A DNA stretch of 63,386 nt, counting the filler, from Octopus bimaculoides (lineage: Eukaryota): assembly GCF_001194135.2 (NCBI RefSeq). It is 10 parts of 9 records of this genome, joined end to end, with 100 filler letters (N's around TTAATTAATTAA, not from the genome) between each part and the next. Parts side by side here need not be neighbours in the genome. Positions count along the whole stretch, not along the records: positions 47,595 to 51,948 come from NC_068987.1; positions 52,049 to 53,928 come from NW_026307556.1; positions 54,029 to 56,718 come from NC_068987.1; positions 56,819 to 60,980 come from NC_068983.1; positions 61,081 to 63,386 come from NW_026416876.1; 5 more parts are not named here. One strand, written 5' to 3'. Of this stretch, positions 48,420 to 62,039 are shown piece by piece; positions within the stretch are counted from its first letter, which is position 1; every line of letters begins with the position of its first letter. The translations under genes were made by a program, and so were the position numbers. A model generated the notes under the pieces. It was given only the letters and a program-made list of their open reading frames with translations, had not been told where the DNA came from and ran no database searches.

Positions 48420-51000
48420 GACTTCGTTCAACGCTACATACGTAAATACTCTCAAAGAAGATTCTTGACAAAATGTATCCAGTCCGTCACAAATACAGAA
48501 ACAATATACAACCCATTTCAAGTTCGACAGCTAGTTCGAGACGTCTGAATCTGTTGCTTTTTATAGTTTTTAAAAGTACTTCAACATCCAGCCGTGAGCA
48601 TTCAGAAATGCAACATGATGCAACACTCTGGAATTGCTTTATCCTGAGAAGGCTTAAATTTTGCCAAGGACTCTTCGTAGCGTAGGACTTTATAAAGGAA
48701 ATAATTTTTCAAAATAGTTATTAAAATTATAACAAACATCGCATAATCAACATTTAGCCAAGTCGATTATATCAAAAATGAGCCCATGATTAAGTGAATG
48801 TAAAATCTATATTAATTTACTTTAAACATTATTAATGTTTTATACTTTCTTAAAATTCTATAATTCTTAAAATATATTCAGAAAATGAGCTGCAAACTGA
48901 GTATTTGGAGGTAAACCAGATATGTAACTCTAGACAATGCTATCACGTGTCGCATCCGAACTCTGTCTAGTGGCAGACCTGGAAGATCGGAGGAACTTCA
49001 AATGTGCATTCTTCTGCGATGAACACTATTGATTTGCACGTATGGAAAGTTCTTAAGAGTGTTAGAATACCATTCAGATAATACTTTTCACCATAACAGT
49101 TTGTGTATTGGATAAGGATGTTTAGGAAGTATTTTTACGATAAACTAATCTGCTATATAAACAGAGATAATGCTGCTAATTGGGATCTCTTGTTATCTTT
49201 TCTGAAAACTATTGTTGTTTGTCTCGAAATTATTTTGAAATTCATGGGCATATATATACTTGATCGGTTAGAAATATATTGAAGTGTTCATGTCATTACT
49301 CTATTTCCATGCTGATGCATTTTTTCTTCCTTCATGACTGAAATCTTTATCAAAACCATAATGATACCATGACAAAACCTATAGCGGATTCGCTGGTTCA
49401 CACCATTATACTAACAGAGCAAAAGTAAACCAAATAATTATATATATATATATATATATATAAATACATACATAACTCATTCATGTACACAAGAACGTAG
49501 GAAGACCTTTCACTGCTGAGAAAGTTTTGGGAAAATGTCTCATCTTAAACATATGTGAAAACGGTTTGGGTTATGAATGAGGGCACTGGATCGTAGGACG
49601 TATGGAATTCTACTTCGGTGCAAGCAGTTGCACGTAATCAGCCACCTGTACCAATCTCGTCGGTCACAACCCTATTAAAAAAATCGTTCTGATATATAAG
49701 AATCGGAAACAGTAAATTTACTGGCGTGCACAAAGATATTGATTTATTTGAGTTGCAACATACCGTTACTCTGTTGCATCCGTCCTATTGTAGGCGACAT
49801 GTAATGCATGTCACTATATATATATAGTACCGAATTAGTCATTCCCTTTCCAAGGATCATCAGCCCCGAACGTACTTCATAGAGCAAATTCAGCATTCGA
49901 GAGGAACTATGAAATATACCATTCTGCATTGCGTGTGGGACATTTTTTCTTAAGTCTCCGAAGCTTCTTGATTCCCAGTTAGTAAGGACAGTTATTTGCA
50001 AGGGACTCACTCATATATGCTATATCTCATAGATATATTATTTACTATGCAGCAGATGCTGGATTAGACTCACTGGTCATTTTGCACATCACATCAACAA
50101 TTTAATGCTGGAGTATCTTTCATATTTCGTCCCTACCACTGGATAATCGTTTGATTCATCTTAGCAGTCACTGCATCATCAGACACCTTATAAATATATT
50201 TATAAGCGTGTTTTTCTTTTCATAGAACATGCATTGAACATGCATTGGTCGGCAAGGAACAGAATGAAATTATCCAGTTTTATCAAGTTCCTTGTGTTCG
50301 ACCAAAAGTTTGAGGGTTCACCTCTCTGGTTCTCCTCTTTCTTAAAATGTGTAGCTATAGTCATTTGATCCGTTCTTATTGACGAATGATCTTGGAAACC
50401 GTTTTAAGCATTTATCGTATTCTATGCAATGTGAATCCCCTCTGGCGAAAGCAACCATTAACCTTATAAATTTCAACATACACGTGTGTACCACTCTTGA
50501 TGTGAGTGAATCAATTTGGTTTTGCATCGTCATGAATGTTTTCTGTTGCTCTATGCTATAATGCGATATCTGACCAGTCCGAGTATTCGGCATCTATTAA
50601 TAAAGTTCCTCATTTTTCAGCTGCAATTTGGAAATGCTAGCTGTGAGAATATGCATGTGAATGTATGCTTGATCTCGAAAGAAATGAGGAATTTACTTGT
50701 GGATGAAATAGGGGCAATATTTGGTCACAACAACATGTATTCTACACAGGCGTGAATACAAAAATAACTTGAAAGAAGGATGTCAAGTTAGCCAAACGAT
50801 CGGCCAACTACAATTATATTCTCTGTATTTTTTAAACGTATATTGGAATGTGCGCCCATTACTTTTTTTGATGCGTTCTGCAGTAGCACAATCCCTCAGA
50901 CTGCATCTTAGAAAAAGAAGTCAACTGCAAACTGCAAAAGAGAATTTGACAATGATGCAAATCGCCCAAGGAATTGTCATATCACATGATCTAATAGGTA
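48420..51000 (-). mobile_element. Heavily decayed Helitron RepHel
   Basis: Colinear motifs: GRSFG*LDILLSSY (about 50790), SHCIEYDKCLKRFPRSFVN (about 50410), KYIYKVSD (about 50190), SFGDLR..FHSSSRMLNLL (about 49920), FTYVALNEV (48425-48450; helicase LYVALSRV). Confidence 0.75.
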
Positions 51001-51734
51001 TAAACGACTATGCAAGTGAAATATCCTATAAAATTTTGATTTGGCCCTTGATATTCCAAAGATATCCATAAGGAACAGTTCATTATATTTTGACAATGTT
51101 ATCTTTGCACTTCAGAATAATGGCGTTTCTTGCTATTTGTATCTCTCTCTGATGACAGCACTTTATTTCAATTTGATGCATTGAAACCGTATGCATATTC
51201 TAGTGACAGTATCGTGTTTTAATCAATGACGATTTCATGAACATTTGAAAACTCTAACGAAGTTGATCTTTGAGTGACCGTTTCTTTCAATCGCTCACAT
51301 TCTTTCTATCTCTGTTTCTTTCCGTTTTCTGATATTCTGTCTCTCTCTTTTCTTTACATGACCACATGTTTTGTACTTAAATTGGCGCTTTCTTTTTAAC
51401 TAGCATTTTCAGTGAAGTTTACAGTTATATTTTTTCAATTTGTCTTTAACTTCCAATCACACATTTTAAGAAAGAAATCGTCAACACAAATGAAGGAAAA
51501 TTGCATTTAGTCAAGATTTCAATGTTCCTATTTTAAAAATAGGAACATTAAAGAAAGGATGGAGGAAAGGGAGGGAGATTAAACGAAGCGCGGTATTAAC
51601 ATCCGGCTAAAGATAGAGGCAATGAAAGTAGCTAAAATTGGAGGTAGGTAGTAACGAATAGGAGAGGAAGGAAGCTAATTTAAAGGCGAAAGTAGATACA
51701 TTAAAGGAGACATGGAATATATATATTAACTCCT

Positions 51735-51945
51735 AAAAACGAAAAGCAAACACGAAAAACAACAACGCGGGGACGTAGAACATGTAACCTATTAGTAGAC
51801 GCTCAGGGAAGGAACGAAAGTTGGTTTTACGTTTCGAGCACAGCTCTTCTTCAAAAACAGGAGACAGAAGAAAGTCCAATAAAAAAGGAAGACGGAGAAA
51901 AAAAAATGATCTCCAACGATTCACATGTGGTTAGATTTTGAATAT
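51735..51945 (-). mobile_element. Repeat family E
   Basis: Homologous to 25885-26095. Confidence 0.75.
51824..51858 (-). ncRNA. Hammerhead-like fold with C3-to-U change
   Basis: GUUU-UUGAAGA-A-GAGC(UGU)GCUC-GAA-ACGU-A-AAAC. Confidence 0.4.
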
Positions 51946-52161
51946 GCANNNNNNNNNNNNNNNNNNNNNNNNNNNNNNNNNNNNNNNNNNNNTTAATTAA
52001 TTAANNNNNNNNNNNNNNNNNNNNNNNNNNNNNNNNNNNNNNNNNNNNAATGTGTATACGGACAGGCAGACAAGTCGGTAGGTAGGTGGGTAGGTAGGTA
52101 AATGCCTATTCTCATTATATCTTTCCCCCACACTATTAACTCTCTCACTTTCTCTCTTCCG

Positions 52162-52196
<35 letters not shown>

Positions 52197-52634
52197 TTTC
52201 GCTTCAATTTTTCTTTCTTTCTCACCATCCGTATCACCCTCAAGCATCTTTCTATGCACTCACGAAGTGTAATCTTCGTTTACGCTCACTACGAAGGTAT
52301 ACGTTTGTTTCTATGTATCGCTATCCCTGTATGTGTGTGTGTCTTTGTTGTCTGTGAGTGTGTGTGGAATCAGGCAGTTTTAAAATCTTCCTGTCGAAGT
52401 GGAAGACGCCTTAAACACACACACACACACACACACTTACATTCATACTCGGATCTGTATTGCGAATCGGTGACAATGTGAGAACGAAGCACCTGCTTTA
52501 GCGATCGATATATTCCCGGCAACGTAAAACTTAACTCACATATTCCCGCGCTCACGCACACACAATTATATCATTATAAATTTATAAGCATACATACATG
52601 ATATCTCTCTCTCTCCCTCTCTCTCTCTCTCTAT

Positions 52635-52666
<32 letters not shown>

Positions 52667-53477
52667 NNNNNNNNNNNNNNNNNNNNNNNNNNNNNNNNNN
52701 NNNNNNNNNNNNNNNNNNNNNNNNNNNNNNNNNNNNNNNNNNNNNNNNNNNNNNNNNNNNNNNNNNNNNNNNNNNNNNNNNNNNNNNNNNNNNNNNNNNN
52801 NNNNNNNNNNNNNNNNNNNNNNNNNNNNNNNNNNNNNNNNNNNNNNNNNNNNNNNNNNNNNNNNNNNNNNNNNNNNNNNNNNNNNNNNNNNNNNNNNNNN
52901 NNNNNNNNNNNNNNNNNNNNNNNNNNNNNNNNNNNNNNNNNNNNNNNNNNNNNNNNNNNNNNNNNNNNNNNNNNNNNNNNNNNNNNNNNNNNNNNNNNNN
53001 NNNNNNNNNNNNNNNNNNNNNNNNNNNNNNNNNNNNNNNNNNNNNNNNNNNNNNNNNNNNNNNNNNNNNNNNNNNNNNNNNNNNNNNNNNNNNNNNNNNN
53101 NNNNNNNNNNNNNNNNNNNNNNNNNNNNNNNNNNNNNNNNNNNNNNNNNNNNNNNNNNNNNNNNNNNNNNNNNNNNNNNNNNNNNNNNNNNNNNNNNNNN
53201 NNNNNNNNNNNNNNNNNNNNNNNNNNNNNNNNNNNNNNNNNNNNNNNNNNNNNNNNNNNNNNNNNNNNNNNNNNNNNNNNATTATGAATATAAATCTCTG
53301 TGTGTGTGGTTATGTGCGTTAGAATCTATTTCTAAACTTGATGTAAGCTGTTCTGCTGAAGGGGACCTGCAGAAAACTTGTAAAGACACGGATACCCCCC
53401 TGAACATATGTTTTTCTCAAACATTATTCGTAACTGAAGTTTTATTTCACCTTGTGATTCTGAAATGTTTTAGTCAC

Positions 53478-53626
53478 TTTGAGTCACGCTGAATCGCCCC
53501 GAGAACTACGTTAAGGGTACACGTGTCTGTGGAGTGCTCAGCCACTTGCACGTTAATTTCACGAGCAGGCTGTTCCGTTGATCGGATCAACTGGAACACT
53601 CGTCGTCGTAACCGACGGAGTGCCAC
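53478..53626 (+). mobile_element. SINE family A 3' fragment
   Basis: gagaactacgttaagggtacacgtgtctgtggagtgctcagcc...gacggagtgcca. Confidence 0.9.
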
Positions 53627-54028
53627 TTTGTTTATAACATGGAATCAATCTACCACTTAGCAAGTTATCACTAAGATATTTTGCAACCGAATATTATTCT
53701 TTGTGGAATATACGATGAATAGTAGAAAAAAAAAGTACTTAGAATTATTCCTTCCGATGATGACTTTGAAAGAATGCATCTGCGTTTTAGCTGCACAAAT
53801 GGATGTGCAGGAACCCTCATTGACATTTCAAATCACTGCTTTCATAAGTTCGGTTTGACCTATGCAAGTATGGAAACGTGGACGTTAAACGATGGAGTAT
53901 ATATGTGTGTGTGTGTGTATATATGTATNNNNNNNNNNNNNNNNNNNNNNNNNNNNNNNNNNNNNNNNNNNNTTAATTAATTAANNNNNNNNNNNNNNNN
54001 NNNNNNNNNNNNNNNNNNNNNNNNNNNN

Positions 54029-54071
<43 letters not shown>

Positions 54072-54154
54072 TATATACATATACATACTCATATATATAT
54101 AAATATATATATACATACACACATACATATATATATACATATACATATATACAT

Positions 54155-54326
54155 CTCTGAGTGGTTGGTGTTAGGAAGGGCATCCAGCTGTAGAAACTCT
54201 GCCAAATTTAGATTGGAACCTGGTGTTGCCATCCGGTTTCACCAGTCCTCAGTCAAATCGTCCAACCCATGCTAGCATGGAAAACGGACGTTAAACGATG
54301 ATGATGATGATGATGATGATGATGAT
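54155..54326 (+). mobile_element. RTE-type LINE 3' UTR (family D) with (GAT)n tail
   Basis: ...catgctagcatggaaaacggacgttaaacgatgatgatg. Confidence 0.8.
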
Positions 54327-54634
54327 ATATATATATATATTAAAATTATAATTAAGGGTATCTAAGAGATACCACTATACTAGATATAGCAGCCAAAACT
54401 TGACTCTAAAACCACATTAAATGTTCATACAGTACCAGGAGAGAAGGCAAAGAGACAAAATAAACTAGCAAAAAAGTATTGGATAATTCCAGATCCCGGA
54501 TTTCTGGCTCTGCATAAGAAGTGCTTTGCTTTCATCAGTGGAATATACGCAAAATAGTACATAAATACAAATATATATATACAACATACCAATATATATA
54601 TATATATATGTGTATGTATATATATATATATTTA

Positions 54635-55330
54635 GGCGTGGCCTTGTGGTAAGAAGCTTGCTTCCCAACCAGATGGTTCCAGTTTCAGTCCCTCTGTGTG
54701 GCACCTCAGGCAAGTGTCTTCTACTATAGCCTCAGGCTGACCAAAGCCTTGAGATTGGATTTGGTAGATAGAAACTGAAAGAAGCTCATCATATATATAA
54801 TACTTTTCTCGTTGGATTCCATGTTGATTTCTCTTTTTGCTATCTGTGATTTTATTTTTGATCTTCTATGTAAATGACGATATTTCTTCTGTCTGGCTGC
54901 TTTTCTTTCTACAAAATGGGAAGTTACATTGCAGAACAGTTATTTTAACATGTTGTATTTATTTATCACCTGACGAAATACATCTGCACCATTGGATGCT
55001 CCTGAACCAGTTGTTGGGTGTCCAACCCATGACGAATCAATGCTAGATGTGTTGAAACAATTGTCGTGATTAATAATAATTTCTCGTATATTCCATCTTC
55101 CGTCTTTCATTTGCCATATATATGCATGTTTGTGTGTCTGTGTTGTCTCCCACCATTGCTTGAGAACCGACGTTGGTGTGTCTACGTCCCTAGACCTTAG
55201 CAGTTTGGTAAAAGAGGCCGAGAAAATAGGTACTAGGCTTACAAAGAATAAGTCCTGAGGTCAATTTGTGCGACTAAAGGCGGTGTTCCAGCATGGCCGC
55301 AGTCATATAACTGAAACTAATAAAAGAATA
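54635..55330 (+). mobile_element. SINE family B split by an about 300-bp insert
   Basis: Head 54635-54800 and tail 55115-55330. Confidence 0.75.
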
Positions 55331-55469
55331 AATGAATATATATATGTATATATACACATATATATTTCGTTTTTGGATTTGGTTTGCAAGATTCTTTGTG
55401 TGTGTTCGTGTGTTGAAGCATATTTTGTCTGGGGAGAGTCATTCTCTTTTTGTACCTTATTTAACACAC

Positions 55470-55675
55470 CAAGGTAGTGAGCTGGCAGAAACGTGAGTAT
55501 GCTAGGCAAAATGCTTAGTGGTATTTTGTCTGTCTTTACGTTCTGAATTCAAATTCCGCCGAGGTCGACTTTCATCCTTTCAGGGTCAATAAATTAAGTA
55601 CCAGTTCTGTACAGGTGTCGATCTAATTGACTGGCCCCCTCCCCAAAAATTTCGGACCTAGTGCCTAGAGTAGAA
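55470..55675 (+). mobile_element. SINE family C
   Basis: gagctggcagaaac...ttcaaattccgccgaggtcgactttcatcc. Confidence 0.8.
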
Positions 55676-56029
55676 AAGATTATTTAATACACTCACCAGT
55701 TCCATTTTCATTCATTTACTTCTTTATATTTTTCTAAAATTTTCGTTGCGTCTTGCAACCTTCGCAATAGTCATTGACTCTGTCCATTCTCTGAGCTGCG
55801 TTCTTTTTGTTTGTTTGTGTGCATGTATGTGGGTCAGTGAGGGTCAAATACAGGAGTACGCCCTCATACATGAAACATCCCCAGTACTAAATAGGAAATA
55901 TACGTAGTAGGTAGCCATACTCTTACACCCACAGTTTACATATATACAAATAGAATAGTTAGTGGGCTGTTATGTAGACGTATATGTGTGCATGTGTGTG
56001 CATATGTCTGTATGTATGTATGTATAGGA

Positions 56030-56718
56030 AGAGAGCTATGAGCAGAATATGGATCTTGTCCAGGTATTCATTGATTTAACAAAGGCCTTTGATACTGTAA
56101 ATAGGGCCTTTCTATGGAAAATATTTGGCTAACTTGGATATCCGGATCACTTTGTGTCTATAATTAAATCATTTCATGATGGGATAGAGGTTTGGGTCAA
56201 TTTTGGTGGTGGCATGGTGGGACCCATTCCTGTAGAGAATGGTGTCAAGCAGGGTGACATCCTCGCCCCAACTCTCTTTTCTTTGTACTTTGCTGCTGCT
56301 TTTACTCATGCTTTTGTTAAGGTTAGCTCTCTGGAAATATATGTCAGATATCAATCTTCTGGCCACCAATTTAATCTTCACAGATTTGCTGCCAATTCAA
56401 AGGTTCTCCAGTCTATTATTGGTGACCTCCTTTATGCAGATGACTGTGACTTAGTCACTCATACAGTGGATGACATGCAAATACTCATGAATTGCATTTC
56501 TGCGTCTTGCAAGGCATTTGGACTCAGCATTAGCCTGGACAAGACTGTTGTAATGTTCCAGCTTGCACCAGGAAATCCATATGTGAAACCAGCTATCTTG
56601 GTTGAAGGAACAATTCTGAAGGTAGTAGACAAGTTTGTCTACCTGGGCAGCACACTCAGCTGTTCATGCTCCCTGGATGAGGAAATATCTTTCAGGTTGC
56701 AGAGAGCAACTAATTCCT
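56030..56718 (+). mobile_element. RTE-clade LINE reverse-transcriptase fragment
   Basis: FIDLTKAFDTVNR, GVKQGDILAPTLFSLY, DLLYADDCDL and FVYLGSTL; one stop near 56130; runs into a gap. Confidence 0.92.
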
Positions 56719-59700
56719 NNNNNNNNNNNNNNNNNNNNNNNNNNNNNNNNNNNNNNNNNNNNTTAATTAATTAANNNNNNNNNNNNNNNNNNNNNNNNNN
56801 NNNNNNNNNNNNNNNNNNAAATTCTCTTAAAAAAATTATACTGATTTTTAAAAAAATGTAGGTGGAGAAGGTATGGTCTGCAAAATTTATTTTAAAATTT
56901 AAGAAAATAATTATTATTTTTAATTTGAAATATATTTGTGTGACTCATACCTATCATTGTTCTTAGGCGTTATCTGAAACGTTAGGAAATCAAAAGAAAA
57001 ATGGTCAAAAAAGTTCCACGCAGTAAACTATATAAAATGCTAAAATAAATTTTAAAGAATAACCTTTAATTATTTGAAGAAAATTGCTACACGACCAAAT
57101 TGCTTATTTTTTTCAGCAATATGAAAAAAAAAAAAAAATGCATGTCTGTATATGCATATGTAGATAAAGAAAACTAAGTTTAAATGAGAATTAAATTGTC
57201 AAGGAAGAATGATTTTGTTCAATCTTGAAATATTTTAGAATTGAAATTTAAGAGAATTTACAGCATAAATCTTTTGATATTATTATTTTTGATATAAGAA
57301 ATCATTTTTTTTTTATCATTAACAAAGGAAACCTGTTGATTGAAGAAGACTTCAGATGATGGTGTAAATATATAAGCACTATCTGTATAACAAATAAAAA
57401 CTGGAAAATGGTATTCAAAACTAAGTTGATAATTAACAAATTATTAGAAGGAAATTGTTTGGTTATTGATATTAGATACAATTGATACTCCTATGAATAT
57501 CCTGAATATTGAGCAGCTTACTTAATTACAGCAATGTGATCAAATTTCTTTCACATTTGCATTTTATACTACAGTAACTCACTAGAAAAAATTGCATAAC
57601 TTATAAAATCTATCATGATGAAACAAAATAACATTTGTGTTACTGAAGTAATTTTATCTATCTTTTTTTTTTGTTTCATCATACTATAAAAACTGAAAAA
57701 TTGTTGATTTTTTTATCAAATAAAATAAACATACCCTAACCTGGTGTAAATATCTAGTCTATATGAAAATAAAATTGAAAAGAATTACTTAGACATTTGA
57801 CTATTTGTTTAAAGATGGCTGGGGTGAGGAGGGCAGTCAAGAAAAAGTTTTGTTCAGAGTCAATTGTAGAAAACTATCGCTAATTTATTAGCAAAGATAA
57901 AGATGTTTTAGTGGGATGAGTTGCTAATTATTAAACTGTTTCACCAGCAAATCTGACTTGGGAAACTCCATCAGTTTGACATTTTCTTAATTGAACCTCT
58001 GAAGTGATTAATACAAATCAAACCATAATAAATACAGAACACAAAAACAAGGTTAAAATGTTTTCAAGATATACACACCCGTTAGCTTTGCACATCTGCA
58101 CAAAAACAACACATTTAAAAAATATACATAAACTCATTTACCATTTAATATTAGTTCACCTACTAACAAGAAAAAAAAATTAACTCCACATTAAAAGAGA
58201 TTCCTTAATATTGAATTAACACCCAGAGATAATGAATTTTTAGTAAATTTGTAACTGAAACCTAGAACAAAATTTATATATTATATATAAATTTTAAGGC
58301 AAACATTAAACAACAATAACAATATTGTAACTATTGCATTTATTTAAGCTATAAAAAAAAAAAAACACTGACAATAATGGAACATACCCTGCCTACATAA
58401 TGTATAATGACGTATATTTTAGCTTAGCATCATTTTCAAATTTCTGAATGTCAAATATATACCAACTCTTTTAGCCAAAATTTTAGCAGTAATATCAATG
58501 TAAGCTAGTAAGGCAAAAAAAAAAAGAATTTTTTCCCCTTAATTGTCAGTTATGAGATCAGTTTCTGAAATGAAATTGAAACATTACAAAAATATTTCAC
58601 TCAATTCAAAATATAACTCAGATACCCATAGATTAATTTTAGGTGATTCAAAAAAGAAAGTAAATAAAAAAAAAAAGGGATGCTGAGAGGATAGTAATGT
58701 AATCATTTGAGTAATTAATCTATTGGAATGAAGAATGCTGATATACAGAACAAAAACAGAGTCTACTCTACAATAAAATGGCCTGAATTGAAAGTAGATT
58801 TGAGATATAGCTAATTATGAGACACTTAAATTTCCTTCTCTTAAGACATTAAGACATCTTATTGACACACTAGGCTGACTCTCCAACTTAATTCACAAAT
58901 TTATTAAAACTGCTTTTCTTCAAAGACATTAACTTAACATTGCATTAATGATTTAACAAATCTTTGAGTGATCTTCTAATTGTAATTTTATGCTTCATTT
59001 CATTACAATATGACATTGGCTGTTTTACTAATTTGCCAACATGAACAAAAATGCATTAGGGATGAAATTATACAAACCATTCAAATTACATCCAAGTCGT
59101 TAAATATATGCCATTAAATGTTATGTTTGCAACAGTAGCTAAGCTAAGTTATGATTAAAAGCTTAAATGTTCAAACATACACCTACAGTCCATAAATACA
59201 GAAAACTAGTTGAATAAAGTCAACGATCTTGATGTTCCCCATAACAAGATACCTTCAAGAAAACTTAAAACCAGTTTGAGTTAAAAATGAAGTAAAATGA
59301 AAATATAAAAATAATAGAAATAATTGCGAAAATGTGTACACTGAAATCAATTATTCATAAATACCCTTGTGAATTCCAAGATTATCTGTAAATTATTATC
59401 CAGGCACTATGATATAAATAACTAAGCTTCCCCGAAAAGAATATACTGTCATTGGATCAAAACAGGATTTCAATAATCAATAATTCAAAAACTATAATTT
59501 TCAAACATCATTATCTTAAGTCTCTTTCTGAGCAAATATCTGATTACACAGTGAAAAACTCAGATAAGTGAATTATAAATAACATAAGCTTTATTATAAG
59601 CATTACTTCAAATATTGATACTATGTGTGTGTTTGTGTGCATGTGTGTGTGTGAACATATATGTGTGTCAGTTTTGTGCATAATCAGATATAACACACAC

Positions 59701-60224
59701 ACCCACACACACATTTATTGGGAAGGAGACAAGAGATTAATTCCATTGGACTAGGAGTAGAGAAATAAGGGTTCAGTTTTAGTTACATATCTTGGCAAAG
59801 TACTGTTTCCTTCAGATATATCTACTTTATGGCCAAATGATAGTCAGTAGAATGCGATTCCATCTATATAAACAGATGCTCCAAAAATACTGCAAAAACC
59901 ATCCCACTTATATTAGCAAAAATGAAAAATAGATATAAACTTTATGCATATATAATTGATTTTCTCTATTTTACCATATAATGCATTGCTTTCTATTGAT
60001 AATAGAAAGTTACAAAATAATCAAACATATATAATTTTGTATTTCCAAGGTTTCAGTGTTACATTAACTTTCACCAAATATGATATCAAAACAGCAAGGC
60101 AAATATCATACCCAACTGATTTCTTTCCAGTGTTTCAAATATCATATATTTCATCCAACAGGTATAAGAAATGAGTCCTAATGCCAGTTTGGCTTTTATT
60201 AAATTGTAATATGATGAAATTTAG

Positions 60225-60420
60225 TTGTTGCTGAACCCCAAGTTGTACCCAGTCAAGCAGCCCATTGATCAAATCATTCAATCTATAATTATCCAGTCTT
60301 TTCTTTTTTGGCAGAACAGTATACTCTGGATTACATTATCCAATGTGTCCTTTAAGACAAAAAGGATGCGATTTGAAGGAGATTTGACTGCTTTTACAAA
60401 CTGCTTGAGTAACCATGTGG
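60225..60420 (-). mobile_element. Interspersed repeat fragment (family G)
   Basis: gcagtcaaatctccttcaaatc resembles agcagctagatctccctcaaat at 42505 and agcaacccaaatgc at 5078. Confidence 0.45.
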
Positions 60421-60839
60421 AGGCTTTCTTGTTCTATTAATTGTCATAAGTAATGTGTTGAAGTGTTTTATTGATATTTTTCATTAATGTAATTGTTGAT
60501 ATTTTTTACATAAAGTATTTAACAGGGTTTGTTTGTAACACCCAAAGCACCAAAAAAAAAATTTCATCACAGTCATAAATAATACTATAGCTTCACAGGT
60601 GTCAGATGAAGACAGAGGTTACTCTAATTCATCTATATTTGCAACTGGCAAACATAATTATACCTGTTTAAATTAACAAGTTTCTTGAAAATAGCTGCAT
60701 AAATTGAAACATTTGTAACACAAGTATCACAGCTGGAAATATTCTCTAATCAAATATTAATCATAACTTAATTAATCATAACTATCTGAACAGCTGTGAA
60801 TAAAAGGAAAAATCAGAAAAAAAAAAAGACTAGTGAAAG

Positions 60840-60879
<40 letters not shown>

Positions 60880-61080
60880 CATACACACATACATACATAC
60901 ATACATATATATATATACATACATACATACATACATATATACATACATACATATATATATATACATACATACATACATATNNNNNNNNNNNNNNNNNNNN
61001 NNNNNNNNNNNNNNNNNNNNNNNNTTAATTAATTAANNNNNNNNNNNNNNNNNNNNNNNNNNNNNNNNNNNNNNNNNNNN

Positions 61081-61440
61081 TCATGAGCAGAAGTAGTGGG
61101 GGAGCATCATAGCCATGTGTTGAGAGGATTCTTTGGGGTTTGAATGATTCACCCCTGGAAACATGGGTGTTTTGCTCAACATCCTTAAACAAACCTTATT
61201 GAAGGACCTTTTGAGCGGGATGGGCTACCTGACCTAAAGAAAATTCTAACTGGGCTCCACCTGCGAGGTCATGAGCTGTTTATCATGATATGAGATCACC
61301 ATGTCGCGCACATATGGTTGTGATGCATATGCCTGGTGTACCCTTATCAGACGGGTAGTCATGATGGGTATATTGGGCTTCGTATATTTTACCCCAGTGT
61401 CACTTTGATGGCATGCACTGCTCTCTCACTCAATAATAAT
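61081..61440 (+). mobile_element. Repeat family I, 3' part ending in (AAT)n
   Basis: Matches 15689-16035 (inverted) and 328-388; ends ctctctcactcaataataat. Confidence 0.8.
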
Positions 61441-62039
61441 AACAGTAATCCTGTCTACTATGGGCACACGGGCTGCCCATCTCCTTTTATCGATTATCCC
61501 CTTTTGGGGAAGGGGATAAATCGATCACATCAACCCCAGTACTTGACAGGTACTGAATTTGTCGAGCCATAAATAATGAAAGGTAAAGTTGACCCAGTGT
61601 TCAACAGGTACTTATTTCATCGGAAGCGTTTACGAATAACACCGTCTCTGATTTTCTCTCGCCTGATCAACTGCATTTAGCGAGCATCTGAAAATAGACT
61701 GAATAAGGCTTCGGGCTCAGTCTGAATACTAAACAAAATGATACAGACACACAGACATTAACGAACGAATGACCAATTTAAAAACAAAAAAGAGCTAAAT
61801 ATCTGGACAGATAACTTCAAGAGAGTACCAGTAATACACAAAATAAATTCAACCAGTATTGTTGTACAACAGATTTCTGGTCTAGAACTTAGCATATCAC
61901 AGTACCACGGCATTATTCAACTATATGATGGACGACGAAGTTCTAAAGTCGAATCGCATTCACAAGAACTTGGCATTAGCTACGAGTAAAAGGTTGTGTA
62001 TATATATATATATATAAGGATAAAACTTACTTGGAAAAG

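Noticed and set aside
20272-61036. Recurring palindromic TTAATTAATTAA
   Set aside because: It always sits between N runs of similar length and has stops in all six frames, so it is an assembly spacer rather than biology.
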